From: a virus
Lineage: Duplodnaviria > Heunggongvirae > Uroviricota > Caudoviricetes
IMG/VR virus record: IMGVR_UViG_3300042892_003817
Length of the DNA: 64,000 nt
Direction: 5' to 3' (one strand)
A model generated the notes under the pieces. That model searched no databases, had not been told where the DNA came from, and saw nothing but the letters and a program-made list of their open reading frames with translations. Positions 34,975-48,843 of this stretch are shown here, in pieces; the first letter of the stretch is position 1; each line of letters opens with the position of its first letter. Made by a program: the position numbers and the translations under genes.

Positions 34975-37131
34975 TTATTTTTTTAATTCTTTAATTTCTT
35001 TTTGCAATTCTTTTATAGCTTCAATTAATAAAGGTATAATTTTATCATATTGAACAGCTTTCATTCCACTTTCTCTAGTTTGAACTGCTTCTGGTATTAC
35101 TAGTTCAATTTCTTGAGCAATAACTCCAACATCATGTCCTTTATTACCATGGAATGGTTCATCTTCTATCCAATCAAATTCAACTCCACTAATTTGAGAT
35201 ATTTTTTCTAATGGAGAATCTATTTTTACAATATTATTTTTCCATCTTTTATCTGAAGTAGAATAAGCTACTATATCATTTGAGGCTTCAAATCTACCGG
35301 CAGTATTGGTAGGTGTTATACCTAATCCCATAGCGCCACCAGCAGTAATCCAAACTCTATTTTGATCGTTTGTTCTAAGTATTAACGGAAAGTTCTGATA
35401 GTTACCAAAAAATGAATATTGTCCTGCTACATTCCAGCCAAGTATAGTATCATTTTTAAAAGTAGCTCCCTCAAGCATACGAAATGTTGTATTATATGAT
35501 GTAACTGATGCATTATTATTTACTGAGAATTGCCCTAATGTATTATCAGTATTATTTACAGATACTTTTCCGTTGTCATGAATTGCCATTCTAGCAGTTC
35601 CAGCTGTTGAGAATCCTAATACATCTGCTGATATGTTATACATACCTGTATTGGTATCTCCTGTGAATGTGAATGTTGGCTCTCCTGCATAACCGTTCCC
35701 AGCTCGAACTTTTTCATATACTTCCAACTGAAATAATCTAGATGTACTTGCTGGATCTACATAATATGATGTGGTGCCAGTCTCGTAGAATATTGGTGCA
35801 GTGATTTGAGTTGTTGCTGCTAAAGTAGTTGCGTTTAATGTACCTGTGCTAGATTGAATAGTAACTGCTGCTGCAGAATACGCCTGAGTAGTTGTAGATC
35901 CAGCTCCCCATAAAACTGGGTATGCTGTTCCATCTGTTCTGTTAGGTGAGTATGCAATTACACCTGCAGTAGTAGCTGTACCTGCATTTCCTGTTATATT
36001 AATACCCCAGTTACCTGATGCTCCTGTTCCTGTTAGAGTCGGTGCGTATGAGTTATAGTTAGCACTGTTTAAGTAATATACCCAAGATCCAAAAGAACCT
36101 CCGGTTATATTTCTTGTTGCTAATTTATTTGCGTTATCCTCCCAACCCCATGCTACTTGTGTTCCCCAATAGTTTGACGCATTACTATGTCTCATATTTT
36201 GGTAGAACCACCAAGTATTTCCTGGACTGTTAGTTAAACTAGCTTGATCTCCTTGGTACCTAAAAGTATTTGCTGGTGTATTGTTAAAGTCTGTGTTTAA
36301 GTTTCCTGAGCTTCCTGCACTTAGAGCTGGTGCACTGAATTGTGTTCCAAATAATGTAGTTCCATCAAATGTTAAATTAGATGATCCTGCTGCAACGTTT
36401 GAACTATTTTTGTATACTACTTGGTTTGCTGATCCTGCTGCTGGCCCTGTTGCACCGGTTACCCCTACTGTTCCAGTAGCTCCACTTACACCTATTACCC
36501 CAGTTGCCCCAGATACCCCGACTACTCCTGTTGCTCCACTTACACCTATTACTCCAGTAGCTCCACTTACACCTACTACTCCGGTTGCACCACTTACTCC
36601 TATTACGCCTGTTGCTCCAGATACTCCTATTACGCCTGTTGCTCCAGATACTCCTATTACTCCAGTAGCTCCGCTTACTCCAATTGGTCCGGTTGCTCCT
36701 GTTACACCTATCGGTCCTGTAGCTCCGCTTACTCCGATTACTCCTGTTGCTCCTGTTACTGTTGGTGTTTGTGCAAAAGTCGCATAAGAAGCTGTACCGA
36801 ATAATGAACCTGTTATGAAGGCTCGTGATCCTGATACTCTAATAGCTTCTGCTCCGTACTGTCCTATGTTTACTCTATTATCGGCAAAAGCTTCTATTAC
36901 TGGAAGTCCTGCTATAGTATTTACTGAGAATAAAGAATCAGATAAGTCGTCAGATACTGTAAATAATCTTCCGTTAGTTCCGTTTACTGCCAATAAGTCT
37001 GTTCTTCCGGTAGAACCTGAACCTTGTAAGATTAATGATCCTGAGGCATCTTGAGTTAATGTTTCTTTAAAGTTCAAAGAACTTGTAAAGGACATTACAC
37101 TGGATGCTGGTGTTATTCTAATATCTGCCAT
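34975..37131 (-). CDS. Collagen-like tail fibre with C-terminal peptidase S74 intramolecular chaperone
   Basis: About 104-aa Gly-X-Y block; SDKRWKNNI...G.IAQE....PEAV...[13 protein letters not shown]. Confidence 0.9.
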   Translation of the reverse strand: MADIRITPASSVMSFTSSLNFKETLTQDASGSLILQGSGSTGRTDLLAVNGTNGRLFTVSDDLSDSLFSVNTIAGLPVIEAFADNRVNIGQYGAEAIRVSGSRAFITGSLFGTASYATFAQTPTVTGATGVIGVSGATGPIGVTGATGPIGVSGATGVIGVSGATGVIGVSGATGVIGVSGATGVVGVSGATGVIGVSGATGVVGVSGATGVIGVSGATGTVGVTGATGPAAGSANQVVYKNSSNVAAGSSNLTFDGTTLFGTQFSAPALSAGSSGNLNTDFNNTPANTFRYQGDQASLTNSPGNTWWFYQNMRHSNASNYWGTQVAWGWEDNANKLATRNITGGSFGSWVYYLNSANYNSYAPTLTGTGASGNWGINITGNAGTATTAGVIAYSPNRTDGTAYPVLWGAGSTTTQAYSAAAVTIQSSTGTLNATTLAATTQITAPIFYETGTTSYYVDPASTSRLFQLEVYEKVRAGNGYAGEPTFTFTGDTNTGMYNISADVLGFSTAGTARMAIHDNGKVSVNNTDNTLGQFSVNNNASVTSYNTTFRMLEGATFKNDTILGWNVAGQYSFFGNYQNFPLILRTNDQNRVWITAGGAMGLGITPTNTAGRFEASNDIVAYSTSDKRWKNNIVKIDSPLEKISQISGVEFDWIEDEPFHGNKGHDVGVIAQEIELVIPEAVQTRESGMKAVQYDKIIPLLIEAIKELQKEIKELKK
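36442..36753 (-). repeat. Collagen-like tandem repeat, mostly 27-bp units (GATGVIGVS)
   Basis: Directly visible imperfect tandem repeats. Confidence 0.95.
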
Positions 37132-37132
37132 A

Positions 37133-37474
37133 CTATTGTGTTAATTCTGCTAATGGTTTTGACCACTCCTCTGTTGATAATATAGTAAGAATTTCTTCAT
37201 GAGTGTACTCTGTATCTCCTTCTTGGTAGATACTCGGTCTTCCGTACACCCCTGCAAGAGTTGTATGACTTGTTTCTTCCTGTGTTTCAGGATTAATACC
37301 GGTATGTACTATATCCTCTAGTATTTCATTTATTTCATACTTAATAAAAGTCTTAGTACCATCTACCGATAGTCTTAAACTCTCTGGTGATGATTCTAAT
37401 ATCTGATTGAAATCAATCGATCCTGTTGCTGTGGTTGGTATTATTAACCATCTTCTATTCTCAAATGTACTCAT
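37133..37474 (-). CDS. Hypothetical tail-region protein
   Basis: 113-aa ORF (..SL..S.DGTKT..KY...Y.HEEIL..L...EW); no homing-endonuclease motif. Confidence 0.75.
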   Translation of the reverse strand: MSTFENRRWLIIPTTATGSIDFNQILESSPESLRLSVDGTKTFIKYEINEILEDIVHTGINPETQEETSHTTLAGVYGRPSIYQEGDTEYTHEEILTILSTEEWSKPLAELTQ

Positions 37475-37504
37475 ATTCTTTGAATATTAATTTAAAACTA
37501 TTAC

Positions 37505-37775
37505 GGGTTTCCCCTAAGTGTTTATCCTATGCAACGAGCACACACTTTTGTTAACTATGTATTTCTACACAGGTCGGACTATATCATCATGCTTTATAAG
37601 CATGTTGGGCGCTCTAGCTGGTTATTAAGGAAACTTTATTCCTCCAGTAGTCTCTGAACCTTCTTGAGATGTATCTCAAGCTTGGCTGCTGATTTTCCAA
37701 TCTTTAACATTGTTACACTTCGGTAGTTAAAGCTCTAAGGACGTTCCAGCAATTCACCCAATTTAAACAGGACAT
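37505..37775 (-). ncRNA. Free-standing group I intron-type ribozyme core (IA-like, with P7.1)
   Basis: P AAUUGCUGGAA (37744-37754), Q AAUCAGCAGC (37685-37694), R GUUCAGAGACUA (37648-37659), S UGAUAUAGUCC (37576-37586); P3, P4, P6, P7, P7.1, P8, P9 all pair. Confidence 0.9.
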
Positions 37776-37798
37776 ATATAAATAGCACTAAAAATTAT

Positions 37799-39268
37799 CT
37801 AAGACACATAAGGTGCTACTATTGTTTTATAAAACTCTTCTCCGTATGTTGATGTTCCTCCATTTGGAAATTCAAAACGAAGTGGACCACCTCTTTTACC
37901 TTTATATACAGTAACTGATGTAAACCATTTTCCATTCTTATAAGAAGTCTGTACTCCATATTCAGTAAGCCTAGTAGGTGTTCCAATATCGTCTCTAGCT
38001 ACTTCTATGTAATTGTCTGGGGATTGAAAACTTGCATCTGGTTTTTGGTATATAGTATAGGCTGGTGTTGTGGTAGCCATGTTTTCGCCACTTATATCTC
38101 CTTCTGTTCCGTCTGCTTCCCACCTTCTATTATACCTAGTAGCTCTATTACTTACTGCAAAGTAATACGTATCATACTCTATTCCAAATCTTGCATTATA
38201 GAAATCAAAATTCTGTTTTACTTCTGCTGCCGTTAGTGCTCTGTTGTATATTTTTGCTACTGGTATTTCTCCTCCTTGGAAATATGACCAACTCCTACCT
38301 ACTTGTATGTTAGTAGTTCCTATAAAAGATGCAATATTACTTGATCCTTGAAGTACTCCGTTTTTATAAATAAAAGCAGTTGTTCCATCATATACCCACA
38401 GTACGTGTACCATTTCGTTTAACGCAACTGATCCTGCAGCGTAATCAGCACTATAATGAGCGAAGTATATGTTCCCATTCCTAAGACCATTATGCATTCC
38501 TTGACGATATGCAGTTTGATCAGTTCCAAAAACCATATTATCCCCACTTATTGTATTAGTTACTTTAAATACGGCTTCCATTGTATATGGAGCATCATAA
38601 ATACCTAAAGCAGTAGCTGTCTTAGTAGTATTTATGTAATCATCGGTACCATCAAATACCATTTGAGCATTTGAATTAAAAGATACATTTGATAAATCTA
38701 ATGTACTGTTTCCTACTAATGGTAAAAGTCCTTGTGTTGCTGAACGAGTACCTGCTACGAATGGTGTTGTGTAAGATTTTAATTCTACTTGAGGATCATA
38801 TAGAGTAACAGCTCCACCAGTATCGAAATTTATATCTAAGAAGTAGTAAGGTGCAGCGTAAGAACCTCTACTACTATACCCTGCTAACCTCCCTGATGTT
38901 GCTGTGGAATAGTTGAGGCCTGTAATACCTACATCACACCAATCAATTGATAACCCTCCTATTAGGTTTTCAAAATACACACTACTGTTATATGTCGCTC
39001 CATCTATTAAATCAGGTTGGTTTGGATACAACCTAACGGTGCTCACTCCTGTACCATTATTTACAAATCTAAATTTACCATTTCCTAAATCTGTTTTGGT
39101 ACATCTTCCGTAGATATCTCCTCCGCCGTTTATAAGGTTTGTAGCTCCAGCGCTGTATAGTAGGTTTACTGTAGGTTGTCCTATATACGAATTTCTAGTA
39201 TCTCCTGTATCGTAAGCAAACACCGATCCTGATGTGACTGTTTTTCCGTATCCTTGTGCTACTGCCAT
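37799..39268 (-). CDS. LamG/concanavalin-A-like lectin domain tail protein (paralogue 2)
   Basis: FDGTDDYI...YTMEAVFK...H...VYDG....IY.NG...IYNRALT..EV.QNF. Confidence 0.85.
   Translation of the reverse strand: MAVAQGYGKTVTSGSVFAYDTGDTRNSYIGQPTVNLLYSAGATNLINGGGDIYGRCTKTDLGNGKFRFVNNGTGVSTVRLYPNQPDLIDGATYNSSVYFENLIGGLSIDWCDVGITGLNYSTATSGRLAGYSSRGSYAAPYYFLDINFDTGGAVTLYDPQVELKSYTTPFVAGTRSATQGLLPLVGNSTLDLSNVSFNSNAQMVFDGTDDYINTTKTATALGIYDAPYTMEAVFKVTNTISGDNMVFGTDQTAYRQGMHNGLRNGNIYFAHYSADYAAGSVALNEMVHVLWVYDGTTAFIYKNGVLQGSSNIASFIGTTNIQVGRSWSYFQGGEIPVAKIYNRALTAAEVKQNFDFYNARFGIEYDTYYFAVSNRATRYNRRWEADGTEGDISGENMATTTPAYTIYQKPDASFQSPDNYIEVARDDIGTPTRLTEYGVQTSYKNGKWFTSVTVYKGKRGGPLRFEFPNGGTSTYGEEFYKTIVAPYVS
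38646..38691. repeat. 46-bp exact direct repeat, copy A (copy B 39778-39823)
   Basis: gtaccatcaaataccatttgagcatttgaattaaaagatacatttg. Confidence 0.9.
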
Positions 39269-39269
39269 A

Positions 39270-40841
39270 TTAACTTAAATTAAAACGTGTTTTGTATTGT
39301 TGGTAGTTTTGTTTTATTTCTTGTGCTGTTAATGCTCTATTGTAAATTTTTGCTACCGGTATTTCTCCGTTTATGTTTGCTGCTGCTCCTTGGTCCTGTG
39401 CTCCTATTATAAGACTTGGATCTGAGTCTGATGTCCAGGTTCCTGCTGTGACAGTATCTGTGCTATCTAAAACTCCATTTATGTAGTATGTTAGTACTGT
39501 GTTGTTTAAGGTAGCTACTATGTGATGGTACCCTGGTGTTGTGCCAATATCTCCGTTACTGTAGTAGTCGTAATAGCTTCCATTAATTATGAAAGCTAAA
39601 TGTATTTTCGTAGTAGGGTATCTTCCGAACCACCATACAGTCCCTATACTGTTACTCCACCTAGTTATTACTGCTTCTACTCCTGAAGTATCGTTGAATT
39701 TTACAACTGCTTCCCATGTTACATTTCGTGCAGATAGGTCAAATGGTTGTATTGCTCCACAATCTACATAATCATTCGTACCATCAAATACCATTTGAGC
39801 ATTTGAATTAAAAGATACATTTGTTAAATCTATTGTACTATTTCCTATTACTGGAAGAAGTCCTTGTGTTGCTGACCGAGTACCTGCTATAAACTGGGTA
39901 GCATGGTTTTTTTGCTCTACTTGTATATTAGCTAAATCAAGATCATAAACTGCTCCACCATCTGGGAACCAGTATGATATCAACGTATTATGGGTTGGTG
40001 TAAAAGTTATAGTATATGCTCTCCACTCTCCCACCGCACCTAAAGCACCTCCTCCGTAAAATACAGTAGCTCCTCCTGGTCCTCCGTAGTTGTAGTGTTG
40101 GAATGAAACATACTTTCCTACTGCTGCGGCATTTACAGCTCGAAGCCAAAACGTAGTTGTAACGGATTGTCCTATTGTTACAGAAGCGTCGGATCCATAC
40201 GCCATTCCATCTACTCCGTCAACTCTAGGTACATGTAACCTAATACAGTCTGTTAATTTCCCTGTATATGGATTCCTATACCCATTTGGTATAATCTCTT
40301 TTACAAGCCCTGAGTTAGGTTGGTGAGGGTTTCCAAACCATTTTGTTGGAAAGCTTGAAGCATTAATTGATATTCTTTGATCTAATGCTATACTATCGTG
40401 TACTTTAAAAGCTCCTGTTGCAAGGCTTATATATCCTTGAGACCCATCTTGAGATCCGTTATAAGCATGTAAAGTAAATTGAGTAGATGATATAGCTTTT
40501 ACAAAATACTGAGTACCTGATGTAACTCCTCCTCCTGTTGTTTCAGGATTTATTACATCAAATGTTCTTAATCCATGAGCAGTTGAAGTTGTAACGATAT
40601 TGCTTGAAATTCCTGATACAGTTGCTAAATTCCAATAAACACCACATCCGTTATTCCCACAGTACTGATTTGTATTGTAAGTCCCCCAACTATTTCCAAA
40701 AGTAGGTAGAGCGTTTAATCCTGGTGATGGTATAAGGTTTGCTGTAGGTTCTCCTATGTAAGAATTACTCACATCACCTGTATCGTAAGCGAATACTAAA
40801 TTATTTTCTCCTAATGTATTTGGTCCTCCTGCTACTGGCAT
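39270..40841 (-). CDS. LamG/concanavalin-A-like lectin domain tail protein (paralogue 1)
   Basis: FDGTNDYV...TWEAVVK...HHIVAT.....YYING...IYNRALT.QEI.QNY. Confidence 0.85.
   Translation of the reverse strand: MPVAGGPNTLGENNLVFAYDTGDVSNSYIGEPTANLIPSPGLNALPTFGNSWGTYNTNQYCGNNGCGVYWNLATVSGISSNIVTTSTAHGLRTFDVINPETTGGGVTSGTQYFVKAISSTQFTLHAYNGSQDGSQGYISLATGAFKVHDSIALDQRISINASSFPTKWFGNPHQPNSGLVKEIIPNGYRNPYTGKLTDCIRLHVPRVDGVDGMAYGSDASVTIGQSVTTTFWLRAVNAAAVGKYVSFQHYNYGGPGGATVFYGGGALGAVGEWRAYTITFTPTHNTLISYWFPDGGAVYDLDLANIQVEQKNHATQFIAGTRSATQGLLPVIGNSTIDLTNVSFNSNAQMVFDGTNDYVDCGAIQPFDLSARNVTWEAVVKFNDTSGVEAVITRWSNSIGTVWWFGRYPTTKIHLAFIINGSYYDYYSNGDIGTTPGYHHIVATLNNTVLTYYINGVLDSTDTVTAGTWTSDSDPSLIIGAQDQGAAANINGEIPVAKIYNRALTAQEIKQNYQQYKTRFNLS
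39778..39823. repeat. 46-bp exact direct repeat, copy B
   Basis: Identical to 38646-38691. Confidence 0.9.
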
Positions 40842-40842
40842 A

Positions 40843-41064
40843 TTATATAAATCTTTCTACTTCTACTATATTCCAGAATGGTAATCCTCTTAACTGAGCT
40901 TCCCATCCGTCGAAGTATTCTTTATTAGTATTTTCTTCAGATAAGATCAATCCTCTTTGTTCAAAGATTATATTTCCTTCTAAATCTGTAATTACCTTAT
41001 CCCATGTACCCTCTCCTTGAGTGAGTATTAATTTCATAGGTTTTAATTGTGTATTTGCTGGCAT
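40843..41064 (-). CDS. Small hypothetical protein
   Basis: 73-aa ORF in tight operon. Confidence 0.6.
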   Translation of the reverse strand: MPANTQLKPMKLILTQGEGTWDKVITDLEGNIIFEQRGLILSEENTNKEYFDGWEAQLRGLPFWNIVEVERFI

Positions 41065-41066
41065 AA

Positions 41067-41800
41067 TTATTTTATATAAACTGCTCCGTAATTATGATAA
41101 TCTCCTCCTGAACTATCCCAGTATGGTGCATCTTGGTATCCTCCTCCTGCAAACCAGTTTCCTGACCAACATCCCCCGTACCAGAATGGATTGTTATTGT
41201 AGAAGGTTGAACAGTTACCACTTCCGTACGCATCTTGATCATTGTCGTATGTTGTTAAGTTAAATCCATTAAGAGCATGGTAAGAGTACATACCTGGTGT
41301 TCCTGTCGATGTCTCATCACTTACAGCTGCTGCACCACTAAATGCATATGTCGAAGTAAAGTTATTAAATCTCCATCTATACCTTTTTGTATGTAATCCA
41401 GTTGATCCTAATGCCGCACCTGTTGTTGTTGATACAAAATTTACTACTGTTACATAGCTTGAATTTGCTCTTTTTCCTAATAATTCCCAATACTTAGTTC
41501 CTATCCAAATATTATAATTTGATAATCCTGATAGAGGTGAATACGGGTCTACTACCGGTCCTGCTGTATTTGTAGAACCTCCAGTTCTATAGTTACTTGT
41601 ATTTACAGCATTTGAGTATGTTAAATTTGACATACCTCCTGTATTAATTCTATTGGCTAAAACACATATCCAACCACCGCCATCATACTCCTGGTCTACA
41701 TATACAGTAACGTATTCCCCTCCAAGTTTTATTGAATAAAAACCTGAAGGACCTCTTACGTCTGAAACTTTATTATGTCTTGGTCCATGAATCTCAGCCA

Positions 41801-41801
<1 letters not shown>
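41067..41801 (-). CDS. Fibrinogen C-terminal (FReD)-like domain protein
   Basis: SGFYSI...VYVD..YDGGGW; TTYDNDQD....NC......WY..C..GN. Confidence 0.8.
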
Positions 41802-46786
<4,985 letters not shown>

Positions 46787-46864
46787 ATTAAGTATTATTA
46801 CGATTGGTTACCGGATTGCCGGCCCACTTCCTTCTTCAGGTCTATAATATATAATATAAATATC

Positions 46865-47089
46865 TTATAGTTCTGCTTTAGCAGCTTTTTCTATCTTTAG
46901 AATACCTGCTTGCTTTTTTTTCTCTTCTTCCTCAATCATAGTACGGATTTGAGAAATCTCTTGATCTAGTTTTACTTGAAGAGTAGCTACAAAGATAGCC
47001 GAAGCCCCTTTTATTTCGATTACGTTAAGTGATTGTCTTAGGAGGTTTATTTCTTCTAAGGATAAGTTATCTATGCTAAATAAGTTCAT
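46865..47089 (-). CDS. Small hypothetical helical protein
   Basis: 74-aa ORF. Confidence 0.65.
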   Translation of the reverse strand: MNLFSIDNLSLEEINLLRQSLNVIEIKGASAIFVATLQVKLDQEISQIRTMIEEEEKKKQAGILKIEKAAKAEL

Positions 47090-47137
47090 ATGTTTTTCTT
47101 TTTAAGTTATGAGATTTTTTTTAAAGAATCAACTAAC

Positions 47138-47159
47138 AAAAAAGAGCCCTAAGGCTCTT
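47138..47159 (-). terminator. Intrinsic terminator
   Basis: AAGAGCC-TTAG-GGCTCTT then TTTT. Confidence 0.75.
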
Positions 47160-47161
47160 GT

Positions 47162-47344
47162 TTATTTTTCTAATCTTTCTAATTCTTTTGTTACCTTAAC
47201 CCATATATTGTAAAACGTCTCAAATTCATGTCCTGTGTAGGTTGCCGATCTCAATTTTAAGAGTAAAAACTTTAACTCTTCTGCTGTAAAACTTTCAGTC
47301 TCTTCTTGTTTTAGTTGAGGCCTAATCTTGTCTATTAATCCCAT
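47162..47344 (-). CDS. Small hypothetical helical protein
   Basis: 60-aa ORF. Confidence 0.6.
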   Translation of the reverse strand: MGLIDKIRPQLKQEETESFTAEELKFLLLKLRSATYTGHEFETFYNIWVKVTKELERLEK

Positions 47345-47369
47345 TATAACTTTTTTTATTTAATAACTA

Positions 47370-48440
47370 TTATGAATATATAAAAATATCTCCTGATGTT
47401 GCTGTGTATATTGCTCCTGCTGCTACAAATTCTCCTGTTGTTGGTGCTGATACGTGAGCTGCTTCTGTGAATACATATCCTACAAATGCACTATTACCGT
47501 TTGTACCGATTGTAATAGCATTTTGTGTATCTGTTAATCCGTTTTGGAATCCCCATCTATCTGTATCTACATCGTATCCAAAAGCAATATTTCCTGCTGC
47601 ATCTGATCCTCTATCAATAATAATACCTGCATCTCCTGCTGAAGCTGATCCTGATGCTAAGATAATGAATTTATCTTCTACATACAAGTCAGTTGTGTTT
47701 ACCTGAGTAGTTGTACCATTTACAAATAAATCTCCTGTTACTGTTAAATTATTTCCAATTGTAACATCACTTGGTAAACCAATTGTAAGAGTTTGACCTG
47801 ACATTGATGTCTCAACCTCTAGAGAGGTACCTGCAATAGTAAACGTTTGAGTTTTTAGGTCAACTGCTCCATTACCTGCTGAGCCAGATACGTTTAGAGT
47901 AGAAACTAATCCTGTTAAGTTTGCTCCATCTCCTGAGAATGATCCTGAAAAAGATCCAGAAAGATTTGAAGCACCTCCTGTTAACTGAATTGAAGTAACA
48001 CCTGTAATTTCAATACCATTATCAAGTAAAGAAGAAGTTTGAAACTTACCTGCATCGTTATCCCATTTTGTAATAGCGTTATCTGTTAAATCTATTGCTC
48101 CAGATACTGCTACTGAAACTGGTGCTATATTTGTATAGCTAAATGGTGCAATACCTTCTCCGCTTGCTATAGCGTTTTGTAAAGATGTACCTGTTGCTAC
48201 AATTCCTGTTAGGTTTGCTCCATTCCCTTGAAAAGATCCAGAGAATGATCCTGAGAATCCTGCTGCTTGTACTTGAGCAGTTCCTAGGTTTAATAAAGTT
48301 CCATTGTAGGTAAGTCCGCTGCTTTCTAATGCTCCTCCTGCACCTGCTATTACTAAGTTGTCATCTGTTAAGTTAGAAGCTGTTACACTTAGTAAGTGCG
48401 CTGACGAGCCGCTGACAATGACTTTTTTCCAATTTGCCAT
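47370..48440 (-). CDS. Virion fibre-like structural protein
   Basis: SGSFSGSF.G.G.NLTG repeats, GNLTV.G.L.V.GTTT; N-terminus shared with 41801-46786. Confidence 0.7.
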   Translation of the reverse strand: MANWKKVIVSGSSAHLLSVTASNLTDDNLVIAGAGGALESSGLTYNGTLLNLGTAQVQAAGFSGSFSGSFQGNGANLTGIVATGTSLQNAIASGEGIAPFSYTNIAPVSVAVSGAIDLTDNAITKWDNDAGKFQTSSLLDNGIEITGVTSIQLTGGASNLSGSFSGSFSGDGANLTGLVSTLNVSGSAGNGAVDLKTQTFTIAGTSLEVETSMSGQTLTIGLPSDVTIGNNLTVTGDLFVNGTTTQVNTTDLYVEDKFIILASGSASAGDAGIIIDRGSDAAGNIAFGYDVDTDRWGFQNGLTDTQNAITIGTNGNSAFVGYVFTEAAHVSAPTTGEFVAAGAIYTATSGDIFIYS

Positions 48441-48472
48441 GTTTTATTGTTTTATTTTATTAATAAATATCT

Positions 48473-48838
48473 CTAATTATTGAACCCTAAGAAGAAAGCA
48501 TCACTTGAACTATAAAAGATACCCCCTGTTACTGCTGTCGGTGTTACGCTCTGTGGTGCTAATTGCAAAGTTCCTTCTGTATTCACTTTTATCTTTTCAT
48601 TTCCTCCAACTGATATTGCAAAATACTGACCTACTTCACTAAGATTAAGTTGAAAAGATCCTGTTATTCCTATATTTCTTGTTGTATTCCAATAGGACCC
48701 TGTTTGTCTAAAAATACTTTGATTGATAGATAAATCAATTCCGTTCAGTACAATAGATCCAGATATCTGGAGTGATCCGGTAAATACAGGTGCTCCGTTT
48801 AAGTCACCTGTTAACTGTTTCCATCGTATTAATGCCAT
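48473..48838 (-). CDS. Small virion-associated protein
   Basis: TGS-type beta repeats; between neck and fibre genes. Confidence 0.6.
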   Translation of the reverse strand: MALIRWKQLTGDLNGAPVFTGSLQISGSIVLNGIDLSINQSIFRQTGSYWNTTRNIGITGSFQLNLSEVGQYFAISVGGNEKIKVNTEGTLQLAPQSVTPTAVTGGIFYSSSDAFFLGFNN

Positions 48839-48843
48839 TTCTT

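Noticed and set aside
37474-37860. Conventional group I intron splitting the LamG gene or fusing it to the 113-aa ORF
   Set aside because: No upstream U-G P1 found (the AGUAGCAC/GUGCUAUU pairing lacks the wobble at a splice position); upstream protein is complete; downstream ORF is closed by an in-frame TAA; cannot be fully excluded without RNA data
38646-39895. Possible DGR template/variable repeat pair
   Set aside because: Mismatches are not adenine-specific, both copies are mid-gene coding, and no reverse transcriptase is in the window; the C-type lectin at 7.9-8.2 kb is the classical CTLD, not a DGR target fold
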